A stretch of DNA of 64,000 bases from Trichosphaerium sp. ATCC 40318 (taxonomy: Eukaryota; Protista; Tubulinea). The stretch lies in NCBI GenBank assembly GCA_038496445.1, contig JALMLS010000516.1:62001-126000 (forward strand), read 5' to 3'. Position numbers and translations under genes: made by a program. A model generated the notes under the pieces. That model ran no database searches. It saw only the letters and a list, made by a program, of their open reading frames with translations, and was not told where the DNA came from. This document shows, piece by piece, positions 37,733 through 49,800 of this stretch (the stretch's first letter is position 1; every line of letters begins with the position of its first letter).

Positions 37733-39638
37733 ATGTGCGACTACTCTTTTGTTAGAGAACAGATACAATTCTTAGAGAAAATGGTACTAGACCCAGCAAA
37801 CGTACCAGACGCAAATTTGAGGTACGATCGCTAAAAAGATCGCTAATTCTTAACGCCTCGTAATAGAGATCGGCTCATGACGATATTTCAAACTGTCGAT
37901 AGCCAACTCACCAGTATACAAAACTACACTGAGAACGAAAGCCGGTACGCTATTTCAGACATGCCCTAGCTACTCCGAGTTACCTAACTGTTTTTGTTAG
38001 AAAAAAAGGTGCATTGAGCGTTCACGTGTTCCTTCTTATCCTTACGTTGTATAAGTAATATACAGAGAGCGTATAGATGAACTAGAAGCAGAGGTATCTG
38101 CTTACAAAAAAAGATCTGGCATAGAAGCTCTTGTAGCTTCGCAAATGGAAGGTCCAGGGTTATCAAGTGGTAGAGCTGCTCTATTGTTTGAAACTGCAGC
38201 GTTAGCTCAAGGCACGTGATATTTTTTGTTGTTAAACAATTCTCATGTTGAGAAGAACTTAATAGCATTGAGCTGGAGTTACGTGGAGTTATAAGAAAGT
38301 ACAAGGACTTGGAGAATCAAGATGCTTCTAAGTTTTGGCAAAATCTAGAAGTAAGAAAGTTTGTCCCAATGTCAGTTGTGGTACTGAATCATTTTATAGC
38401 CGTGTTTAACTTAATCACCGTTTTTAGGTTTCTATAGACTCAGCTGATAGCTTTGAGCATGCACTAAACGTTGTTGCAAAGAATCCAGCGCCTATAATAG
38501 ATAAACAAAGTGTTGACATTGTTGTACGTTTTTTTTGTTCAAAACAATGGAGATTCTTATTGACACTTTAAAGTCTTACTTGACTTTCTACGACTTGATT
38601 GCGTTTATGGTCGAAAAGGCAGGATCAATAGGTAAATTCGAACACCTTTTAGAAACTGAGACGCTGTCTGAATTCATGGGATCATCAAAGATAAATGTAT
38701 GCTTGTTTTCAATAGTGGAAATTTCCATAACTGTTCTGAAGGTAGTAGAAGCAAGAGAGTTCTGTTCAGTGTACATGAAAGACGGCTATAAGAATCTCCT
38801 TAAAGGCTTTGAATCTGGTACTTATAAAGCTATAGCTATCAATTAAAATAACATGCTTAAAAGGACAGCAACTAGTTGGATTGATGGACAAAGATGATAT
38901 GGTTTGTATGTTCCTATTTTTTTTTTACATTAATAACACAAATCGCAGGGAATTTTCTTACACCAGGAGTATTTCGCCACGTGTTTTCGAGGTTTTTGAA
39001 GAAAGTATCTTTAGCTACTCCCGAGAAGATGGGAGACGTAATAAAAGGAAATATCCAACTGGACCCGGCTGTTATACTCCCTCACAAAATTAGAGTTATT
39101 GATATGATTGTACGACTACAAGTGTGATTAACAACTGTTAACAAATATTAGTTAAAAATGAGTTCGTGGAAAGGAAAGCGTGTGCTTGGTATTGCAGATG
39201 AAAAAGGAGAACTGGTAGCTTCTATTGATCCAGAATGTCGATTCTTCCGAAGGTATGTGCAAGACCTTTTGGAACAACTTTTGGTTTCAGTTGCAATATT
39301 AATAATTCTCAAAGATACACGTCCTACACCCGGCTTTCTGACTTGAACTGGTCCGTAGGTGAGTATCTGAATGTTTATATCTACTTATACAATATTTAAC
39401 ACTTCTTTCTACCAGGTGAATTCTTTACCAACAGAGAAGCTGTTCCTATTTGCATCGATATTTCTGGTACTTTTTTATTTATTTTCCACGTTTTTTTGAC
39501 ATGGTGTGTTTAGAGAACATTGAGGAAGTTATCAAACAAATTGTGATGCATAAACCACCTTACCTTTGGGTAACAGAAGAAGGGTTGCCGGTAGGTATAT
39601 TACACTACAATAGACTTGTAGAGTACCTCACGAAGTAA
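37733..39638 (+). CDS. CBS-domain protein (AMPK-gamma/SDS23-like arrangement), multi-exon
   Basis: CBS-like segments PIIDKQ..YLTFYDLI, VLGIADEKGELVASI and VIKQIVMHKPPYLWVTEEGLPVGIL. Confidence 0.7.
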
Positions 39639-39877
39639 ATCGAAAGATTCTATGATGATAACATAATAATAAAAAAAACCAAAGCTCCGTTTGTTGTACT
39701 TGCTTTACCAATGAATTTATTACACCTATTGTATCTAATAGTTCATATTACCTTAACACTAACTGGTTCATCTTTCGTCACGTGAGTAGAAACGTCGTAC
39801 GAAAAAAAGCCGACCAATTTTTTTTTCAAAGTCAAACTAAATCTGGTAAAAACTACCACTTGTGCAACTGTATTGAC

Positions 39878-42299
39878 ATGGATTTCGAGTTAAACGAACC
39901 AGGTACCTTCCTCCTATTTGTCTCTCATAAATAACACACTCAGAGAACCCATTTAATAAAAAGAAAAGCAAACAAAACAAGCAACGCCCCAAAACCACCA
40001 AACAGCATCCCAAGAAGCACGATTCGAGTAAAAAACCGACTACAGCCGTACAAAAGCGCACATGGGCGGTAAATTCGAGTAACTGCACCATTGTACCACC
40101 CAAACGGACTACGGACAAGGCACATATAGATTGTATACCGCTTGAGGCGTTATTCCATATTTTATCATTCCTGAGTGCATCAGAACACATTACTTTCGAG
40201 TAAGTTTTCCAGTATAAGATCTCGACTTCTGACACTTGTAGATGTGTTAGAACTTCTTGGAATGATATCATAGCAGACGACAAAGTGTGGCGGTTAATGC
40301 TTCCAAAGAGTATGCGTAATAAAGGCCCCAAAGGCAGTAATAGAAAAAAGGTATTATTTTATTGAAACTTTTTTTTGTTGCTTTTTTTTCCCGCACGTGT
40401 GCGCAGTTAAGTGTGACTTTACCCATAGGTTCTTCAAATTGAATCAGTGGCACATTGGAAAGAGTATGTTTCATCAGAGTTATCACCAAAGAACCCTGGT
40501 TAATTCCAGAAGAAAGTCTTGTCTTTGATGTTCCTCGGGTTACACTGTAATGATTTTTTGTTTTAGGAGGTTTAACAATGCTACAACTATTTCTGAAATA
40601 CATGTAAGGAAGATACTCCCAATTAGACTTATTCAACGACCCTCGTATTCTGAAATTTTAGTGATAGCACAATTCAAGCATTGTGATACCTTGTCAAGTG
40701 TATTTTCAGTGTTATTGGACAGCAAGTCAAACTTGAATAGTTTTTCAGACGTCTCAGGCATTTATAGTCAACAAGGGAACTATGTATACCATAACAGTGA
40801 GTTCAAGCTTGTACCAATCACCCATCTTTAGTAACAATCAATTTTTATAGTGGAGACAGATGTGATGACAGTTGCAATGTTAAAGGGAAGAAATACCAGG
40901 CGCAAATTGGAGGTTTATAAAGTCAAGCAGTCAACTCTATTGAAACGTCCTGTTACTCTTGATTTAGGGATTTATAAGAAGTGTATCTCTAATATATCTG
41001 TTGGTGAAGATTACGTTGTACGTTGACGCTAAATGTAGACCAATCTCATTCTTTTTTTTTTGATAGACAGGTCAGATGCATAAGTAATTTTGTGGAATAT
41101 AAAGAAGGCTACAAAGAATGCAAAGTAAACAAACAGTGTCTGCAGTTGTAATGTTTTAACATGTCATACTTTAGGGTTATCAAATACTCTATTGTGAAGA
41201 GCAACCATTTTGCATTTCTTCTTGGTACTTACACAGATGGTACTCTTTATTATAATAATAAGAAAGGTAAAGTTGTATTGATACCTTCAGAAAACGTACA
41301 CATACTCCTGAGCTGTTTTATTGAAAACAAGACCAATCTTAAGGCAGTATCGCTTTTGAGACAGTTTCAAAAATTACGACATTTTTGGTACTTTTGGGAT
41401 TTCGAGAATCTTTGAGACGTTTTTACTCACCTCATAACTATCTTAAACTTCAATTACTATTTTAAACATGTATACAGGATTCTATACTTATAGCCATAAA
41501 AAATTTGCGATTCGTTTATGCTGTGCCGAGGAAAAGTATCAGCAGTCAAAGCAATTTTTCTAAAAACACGTTTTCAAAATTACAGAATGTCAGAGACTGT
41601 CAAAGCGATGCTGCCTCTATCAAGTCTTATAGTCTGTTTTGAAGGAAGATTCAACTAATAATCCTTAGCCTGAGTCTGTTATGGAGATTCTTTCCATGGG
41701 TAAAGCTATTTTGCAAGCTAAGCTATATTGTGAAAAACCAGCAAACCGTTTCTATGGATCAAAGCTATTGATTGTACAATTAGCTTATTCTTTTTGGAAA
41801 CAAAAGAACTTGTTTTATTGTTGAAAGAGCGATTAACGACAAGAAAGTTTCACTCAATTTTCTACGCTGAAAAAGGTACAAAAAAAAGAACCTTTTATTA
41901 CCAGTTTTTTTTCTTGTTTTTTTCTCTTTTCTTTTTCTTGTCTGATCTTACTTAGGTTATTTTCTATACATGTGCGGGCCTGATAATGATCGTGCTATAA
42001 ATGAGAAGTTTCAAGCTAGGATCTATGATATCAATTCAAGAAAGCAAATATGGATGCACGCTGTTAATGAAAATGTTCACATTAACCACTTTGATTTTAA
42101 AAATAATATATGGGTAAAAATTCTACAAAGCAAACGAGGAGAACAAAAACAAATTGTTTTTGCATGCCCTGCAACTGGCTCTACAATCTCAAAATGCACC
42201 TATTTCTTGGAGTCCTCAATACTTGAAATAGCAAATGGCAAGATGTTCTTTTACAGCTACTCTGATGGTCAAGCAAAGTGTTCCCTAAAAATGGTGTAG
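39878..42299 (+). CDS. F-box protein with uncharacterised beta-rich C-terminus (may be two genes)
   Basis: Basic N-terminus, then IDCIPLEALFHILSFL...ECVRTSWNDIIADDKVWR; downstream exon joining is uncertain. Confidence 0.6.
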
Positions 42300-42585
42300 T
42301 TTGAACGCCTTCTTACCTGTTTATTTCACAAGCTTGGGCGACACTGATATAGTTATCATATACAGTTGTAGTTTACTTTGGATGTAAAATAGATCACATG
42401 TTTAATGAAGTGTCTCAGTCACCAAACGTTTATTTTTAATTGGGAACGTGGTTAGAATAAATATTAGGCTCTTTATTTTACAACCGCTAGATTCCCTCGA
42501 GGATACACTCTATTATTGTATAGTTATGTCAATCAAAATAATTCCGTATTTTTTTAGCACAGTGGAACGTAAACACAGTGTTGTT

Positions 42586-43911
42586 TCAGTAAAACCAGAA
42601 GCCATTAGATGCATCTTTGTATTCTGTTTCAGCTGGTGGCAGATAGCATTTTTTTGCAAATATTTTACCCATGTTTTCATAGTAACACCATGCTGGAAAA
42701 AAAAAAATCAGACGAATCAGAAAAAAAGAAGAAAATGCAATTAGTGTCGTACATTTTGAATGTGCAAGGAATTTAGAAGCAACACGAAAAGTATTAAATT
42801 GCCGTAATTGTTTGCCTACTATTTCGGTAAAATAAACGTCGCCATTGGAGTCTAGGAGTGCAAGAATATTATTGCCCAAATACATATAACTTCTTAATTG
42901 ACCAAAACTTGTTCTATTAATAGCCTCCTCTCTCCCATCACTATATCTCACTAAAAGCTCGCCAGTGTGTTGAAAGAAAAATATGTGCTTATCATTGTCA
43001 GCTACAAAGTCAAAATAGTTGTTGTCAGATGAAGAAAAAGGTATACTCTAAACAAAGTCATAAGTACAAAAAAAAAAAAACATTGTGAGTTAACTTCACA
43101 AGTACCTTCAAGATTACACCCTTTTTAGAATCACACAAATCTATAGTGCTATTTTTTGTGTTATACATAGCAAGCGAATCAGGATAATCTTTATCATCAA
43201 TAGGAATCACGTGCTCAAAATCAATTGTTTTGGTCCACTTTGGTTTCTTTTTTCTCATATCCATCTTTAAAAAGAAACGCTTACTACGAAAGTGTAGAAA
43301 GTTCTTTGTCTTGAAAACTCTAGCACGAAGCTTTGATGGCATAAAAGCAAGGAAAGGAGCACGCTCATATTTGTTTAAAATGACCTTTGGTTTACCCCAC
43401 GTGCAATTACTGTTGTTACCTTCTTCTGGTAAAGTTAATTGATACATCTAGTAGAAGGAAAGTTAAATACAAGTATTTCTTTACGCTATTCAGTGAGTAC
43501 CTTGAAGGTCCTTTTATTTTGGTGCATAGTCGTGATGAACAACTAAAAATAACATGTTAACTGATTTATTATAAATATGAGTTGTAAGTTACGAAGCAGG
43601 TCCTGTTATGAACTTACCTTGCCATGAGAAGCCACTAACCCGCATACTTTAACTACTGAATCGTTTTGGTGATCTTTAACGTTAAATATCTCCCTAGGTG
43701 GTAGAGCGTTCATAATCTCATGCTATCCGCGATTAATCAGCTGGTAAAAAAGTGATTGTACCATAAACTTGGTACTACTCATCACGAACGTATGCCAACC
43801 CCGATTTAGGCGGCATACATGCTTTTTAGACTCGCTGCTGGTCATTTCAAGGATTAGCGTGAGTATTTCTGGTGGCAATACATCAATTGGCGACTCTGCA
43901 AGCGGTTCCAT
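42586..43911 (-). CDS. F-box protein, multi-exon (3' end approximate)
   Basis: IDVLPPEILTLILEMT...VCRLNRGWH in exon 1. Confidence 0.75.
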
Positions 43912-44361
43912 TCTTAGACGTTGTACTTGTGCGACTGAGTTGAAAGTTAAGTGATTTAGATTTCAATGATTACAATGTTGCGTTGTACATGTCACTAATC
44001 TCGGAAGAAAGTATCAAATCATCTGACAGATACGATTGTATCTATGTGTCTGACAGTACTAGCTGGACTTACATACATTAAATCATTCTAGCACTTTACG
44101 TCGGAATTGCCCCGGATTTACCATTAGATAGGACAACAGTCAATTTCAGGGATACAGCTTTGGGGGAAACACGCTCAGTGTTTGGTGGCTCTAGGGTAGC
44201 CACACGAGCGGATTTATTCTACATTTAGTTGCAATCTCAATTAAAAAAGTAAAACCAAACTTGAAGTAAACCCTTAGCATTTTATCATTGTACAATAAAA
44301 TCTTTCTCAGAGTTAGTTAGTTTTAGCTGATATGAATCATACTTCAGCTTCAAGTATTTCT

Positions 44362-45151
44362 TCATCTCTGTTCCATAGCAACACGGAGCTCCTCTAACAT
44401 ACGATATATCTCAAGCTCTTCAGCAGTGGCAGGTTTTGAAGGACAACGTATTAGATGAATTACAGGAAGGAGATCTTTGAACCCTTGTAATGTTACACGA
44501 AGACAATCTTTTAGATAAATTGTATGAGCTCCAGCAAGAGCTTTTAGTCCTTCATCTGTTATATGCTCATCTACACAAGAATGTGTAGAAAGAATGCCTT
44601 TGGTTACAGCAAACTGAAGCTCACTAAGCTTAGCTTCAATTTCAAGTATAGCTATACTAGTCTCTGTAGAGATGTTATCAACATAGATGCTATGAGCTCC
44701 AGCTAGAGCTAGTAGCCCTTTATCTGTAATATGTTGACACCCACAAAGATGAATGGTGTTAACTCCAGCTAGTGCTTTGATACCATCATCTGAAATACCA
44801 AAGCATGCAGAAAGGTCAATTCTGTGCACACCTGAAAATTCCTTTATAATTTCATCTGTAAAGATACCTACAAGTTTGATTTTTGTATGTTGTAGAGTAC
44901 TGGCGTGTTTCAATACCGCTTTTACTTGTTCAATTGTCGATATTGTAACACTATCGTATCCAACTTTGTCGTGAATGATTGAAGCTAGGCGGTGACACGT
45001 TTGAGAAGCTGTAAAACGTGCTTTTGTTGTTTTGCGTAAAATATTAGCTAAAATCTTTGGAGGAAGGTCTAGAATGCCTTGTTGTCCACTATCACAACTT
45101 AGAACCTTCTTTCAACGTTACAGCGTACATATCAGAAGGACCTTTTTCCAT
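44362..45151 (-). CDS. F-box/leucine-rich-repeat protein
   Basis: Short exon 1 (MEKGPSD), one intron, F-box ILDLPPKILANIL, and repeats GVHRIDLSACFGISDDGIKALAGVNTIHLCGCQHITDKGL. Confidence 0.88.
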
Positions 45152-45424
45152 GCTGCCTGTTCCGTTAAGGTGCTAACCAATAATTGCACTGTAACTTAAG
45201 GAACGGTATGATGTACAAAGCTTAACTGGAAGTCTACAAAACAAGTTGGAACCTAGACCACAGCACTCACAGCACAACTCATTTGCAATAAATGTATTCA
45301 TGTACAATACCAAGAAAAATCTGCATTTAAAAAAGTTGATGTCGAAAGTCTGTAACTTTTCAAGTTAGTCTTACCAGCCTTTTGAGATCTTTTATGCCAT
45401 TAAAGCGTCTTTAATCGTAACTAG

Positions 45425-45660
45425 AAAAAGCTATCTTGGTATCAGCAAATCGCCACTTATGCTAGGGGGGCGGGAAGTCTAGACATTTATAGTCTATGTC
45501 GGGAGTGTACAGCACTAGCGCCGTTAAGTTTAGCACTGCACGTCTTCATTGACCTGCCTACGGGGAAGACAAAGCACGAAGTCAGCCATGCAATACCATA
45601 ACCTGCCTCTTGCCAAGAGGTTCACCAGTATTGGAACAAGGTTGTGCATAGGTTTTTATA
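45425..45660 (-). ncRNA. Candidate ~200-nt structured ncRNA of unknown family
   Basis: TATAAAAA at 45660-45653, then 4-5 consecutive hairpins whose G-U pairs favour the minus strand, ending in TTTTT at 45429-45425; no ORF. Confidence 0.35.
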
Positions 45661-46890
45661 TTGAAGGTTTGAAAGAAAAAAAAAAAAGTGGTAAAGAAAC
45701 GCTCGGGAGGAACCACTGACTGAAGGAACATACGAAAGCGGTTTACGTTGTAAGGCGGGAAAATGCGGTTCCTAGGTGGTATTATAGCACGTTAAACAAC
45801 TGTTTCTTTTTTTTGGCTTATATCGGCATGATATCCACAAACTCTTGAATATATCGCTACTACGCTACATAAGGGTTTCAAGGAGACGCTTCGAGCACCT
45901 CTGGCCTGTACACCAAAAAAGGAAGTACTGAAAATTGCAAAATGTGAGCCATCTATTTGTTGTCTCTCAGCGTTTCCAAGATTTCATATCTTATGTACGT
46001 AAATGTATTTTAGAAGTGGTGTATGAGCGCTTTGAGAACGAAACGAGTGCAAATAAAAGAAACATGATAGAACAGAACTGCCCCACGAGACCTCACAAAG
46101 CATGTAGTACAGTGTTTTTAGTTTAGTCTATTTGAAGAAAAACGTAAGCATCAACCAAACTGTAGATTAATAGGACGCCTTGTACATCAAAAAGCGTGTC
46201 AGTTTCAGATCTTAATTATTGTTGTGACAAAGCGAAAGGAAAATGAACAGACATCAGAAACCTTGGTTTCGGTACACACTAGGATATTATGAACACGCTT
46301 TGCTTTGTAAATTCAGCAGGCCGAAGATCTTTTTAGATATCTGCCCAAGTAAGGGAATAACAAGAATGTACGCAAACACAAACACTAATTTTGTTTTAGA
46401 TTTTGGGTTACATTGGTAGTCACTCAGTACCTGATCCTTCACCGGGCATGTGGCTTTCAAATTATCTCTGACTTTGTACTTCGTTACTGCCTTGGAAGGT
46501 CAGTCAATGTAATTGTTCGCTTCGGCAAACAACCACGCTCAATGCTGGCTCCTGCAAGAAATTGTTTCGGTGTAGGACATGGCTGTAAATGCCTGACTGC
46601 GCAATACCCGCCTACGTAATTGTCAGCGTGCACATGTTGGATAAGTATTTTTACAATTCAAGTACAATATGCATAGTACTAAGCTAAAAATTGAGCTTTT
46701 GCTGGCCTAATTAGATGGGTTGCAAAGTGATTAAGTTCACCTACTTTTGTGACTTATTTGTAAAATAATTGGAACCGGGATATGATAGTTTATCACTCAC
46801 CTTTATTTAAATTTCTTTTTATTTTATTTATTTCATTTTCCATACACACTAAAACACGGTTGTTACAAAAAAAAAGTTAAGTTCATTGAA

Positions 46891-49800
46891 TTAAATCAAG
46901 TGCCACTTTTGTATGTTAGCTCTTGGCATTACTTGTAGCTGTTGTTCTCTTAGGTAATAGAATAAACAAGGCGGACAAGCTAAGTTTATAAATCTTTGAG
47001 AATAGTCACCCATAGCAAGCTTAACAGTAAGCGGAATAGGTCTAGGAAATGCTTCACAACGTTTTTTGAATTCTGGTAAAACCTCCATCTTAAAATACGT
47101 CTTAGTGTACGCATGACCACATGTGAAGGTATATATCTAAACGAAAAATAAGCTACTCGTTGAACATTAAGAAGTATCAAAATCACGTGCTGCAAGAGCC
47201 AAAAAAACAAAACGTTTTTTACCAAGTTTTTTTTTAACCTAACGTACTTCATCCTTTGAATCATCTTTACGCTGTTCAGCACTCATACGCTTTACATCAC
47301 CAAAATGACGTATTAAGCAAAACCGCCTACTTGATAAATCCTTTTCCAGATTATGTTTTATCTCGGACCACAAGCGCTGTTCAGCAACACGTTCTGATTG
47401 AGCTATGGAATTAAATAAGCAAAAGCTTCAAATACTTTACTTTAATATTGTTCTGGACTTACCACGTTGATGCTGAGAGTCCATATCTTGCAAACAATGA
47501 TTTGTAATATCAAGCATTGTTCGAATAGAAAATTTAACACAAAGAGGTGGTTCCACTTTTGATAAAGTAACTAACTTGCCTACACAAAAAATCAATAAAA
47601 AAAACACAAATTGTACAAAATATCGATGATAACGTACCCAAATGAGAAGCTGCTTTGTCCATATTAGATTGCATAAATTGTTCAAGTACGTTTACTGGCA
47701 TATCATTATCTCTCCAAAACTCAAGGATCTGGAAGAGCAAGTTTTCTTTTGATTCAACATCAAGATTTAACACATATGATAGGAGGTTTAAACAACTATC
47801 CAAGCCGTCTTCTGAGACAACACCTTAAACCATGTTAGACATGCTTATCCTTTTTTACGTTACTTAGGTAGTAGTGCATACCTGGTTGACTTGAAATACC
47901 ACGAAGCCTAACATCGACAGCAGCAGACCAATCTTTTAATTCCTCGTAAATAGTTGCTGCAGCACCCCAGTTCTCCCATTGAACGCAACGCTGAAGTATT
48001 ATAGTAGGTCTGTAGCTTTGTATTTGTGCTTTTAAAGTTCTTTCTAGCTCATATTGACCATGTTTAGGCTAAGTAACAAAGTTACTATCATACAATAAAA
48101 AAAATAAACATACTTGATTGGAAGTAGCCAAATCGTTGCTGTACAGAGTTTTATACTGTAGCTTTTCCATGAGCTTACTGACCAACCTAAGAGGTTGTCA
48201 ATTAGCATAGATATTACTTTGGCATATTGCGTACTTTGGAACCTTTACATCTTCTACAGAATCATGTCCGAGTTTACCATATTCACCACTTCCCCATGTG
48301 AAAACAGCGCCATCTTCAATACAATTAGTTGGTTTCGAATTACACTTTATACCTGTGAGTGCGACGGTTATATCCTCGCCACATACTATCTGTTTAATAC
48401 TTTTTCCAGTTAAGTGTGTCTTATGTGTTGGCACATATTCCGTTGGAGAATTCATGTCATCTTTGTAAAAAAATAAGCAAAACGTAAAAGTTGCATAGGT
48501 TGTTAACTTACAAGTATACACATCTCCTGATTCTGTTGATAACATAATCATATGGAATGAACCACTGGCTATATGTGTAATGCCTTTTGCAATCATTACA
48601 TTAATAATACCAGGCGTCAATTGATCAGTCTTCTCAATACTAACAAATAAAAATAAACAACAGTTGAGTATTTTAAAAATTACATACTTTTCCTTGTCAG
48701 ATGATTGACGTTGTCCAGCGGTAGCTGTTGCTTGTGCTAAACCTTTACCCCAACAGTAAATACCTTTCAGTTCTATTTACGTCATAAGTTATCATCTAGT
48801 AACCAATCCTGATGTGGTAAAGCTTTCAGTACCTGTGAGTGCCAAAGTGTGATAAGCACCACAACTTATATCTATGACATGCTTTCCATGAAGTGCTTGT
48901 ACTTCTTGAGGTGATAGCCTCCTATTACAGTCGCCATGACCAAGCTAGAAGATAATTACACCCAAAAAAAAACAAGAAAAAACTACGAAACAACGTACTT
49001 GGCCATACTTATTATTACCCCATGTATAAACGTCTCCACTCTCTATTATGGAATTAGAAGAACGGTAAAACCAGACACAAGCCTCTCCATGAATTCTACG
49101 GTGCACAAAACTCGTTCAAGAAGGAGAAAACCTTTTTGGCGACGTACCATCTAAAAGAACAGTATGATGGTATCCACACTCTATACGTCGAACTTTAACA
49201 CCTTCAAGAGCTGTAATCGGTGTTGGGTTCGATACACGACTTTGTATCTCGCCTATACCGAGTTGCCCATCACTGCCACATCCAAAGGCCATTATTCCTC
49301 GCTCTATCCAACATATAAGCAAGTAAACTAAAAAATATGATAGCTTTTCACCTGTTGTCAATATACTGTGTCTGAACCCACAAGACACGCCACTTACGCG
49401 AACCTCCTTTAGGGCGTTTATAAGCATAGGAGATACAATTATTGCATCAGGCGCTGTTTCGTTACCGAGTTGTCCAAACTCATTAGAACCCCAACTTCTA
49501 GCAACGCCAGCATCTACAAAAAAATTAGTGATTTTAAGATTGTTTCAGAGGTATACCATCAACAGCAATAGTATGTGTTCCACCACATGAAATGTGTCTT
49601 ATAGATACACCTCTAGGTAATGTTGAAACACGACAAGGCGTAAGCCTGTTATCAAGATCACCCAAACCGAGTTGTCCAGATTCATTGTTACCCCAAGCAT
49701 ACAGCTCTCCTCTGTCTAACAAATTGATTAACACTCAAAAAAGAACAACTAATTCTATTACCTGTCAAGGCCAGGACGTGGTTCCACGATGCTGCTATAG

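Noticed and set aside
44100-44170. GGAATTGCCCCGG and TTTCAGGGAT resembling RNase MRP CR-I or U3 box A
   Set aside because: Other conserved boxes and the expected spacing are absent.
45714-45745. CTGA...GAAA hammerhead-like core
   Set aside because: No CUGAnGA match and no stem II.
46490-46600. GGAAGGTCAG/CTGACT as RNase P P4, and TTGCGCAGT as U4 5' end
   Set aside because: The spacing is too short for RNase P, and the U4 5' stem-loop and Sm site are missing.
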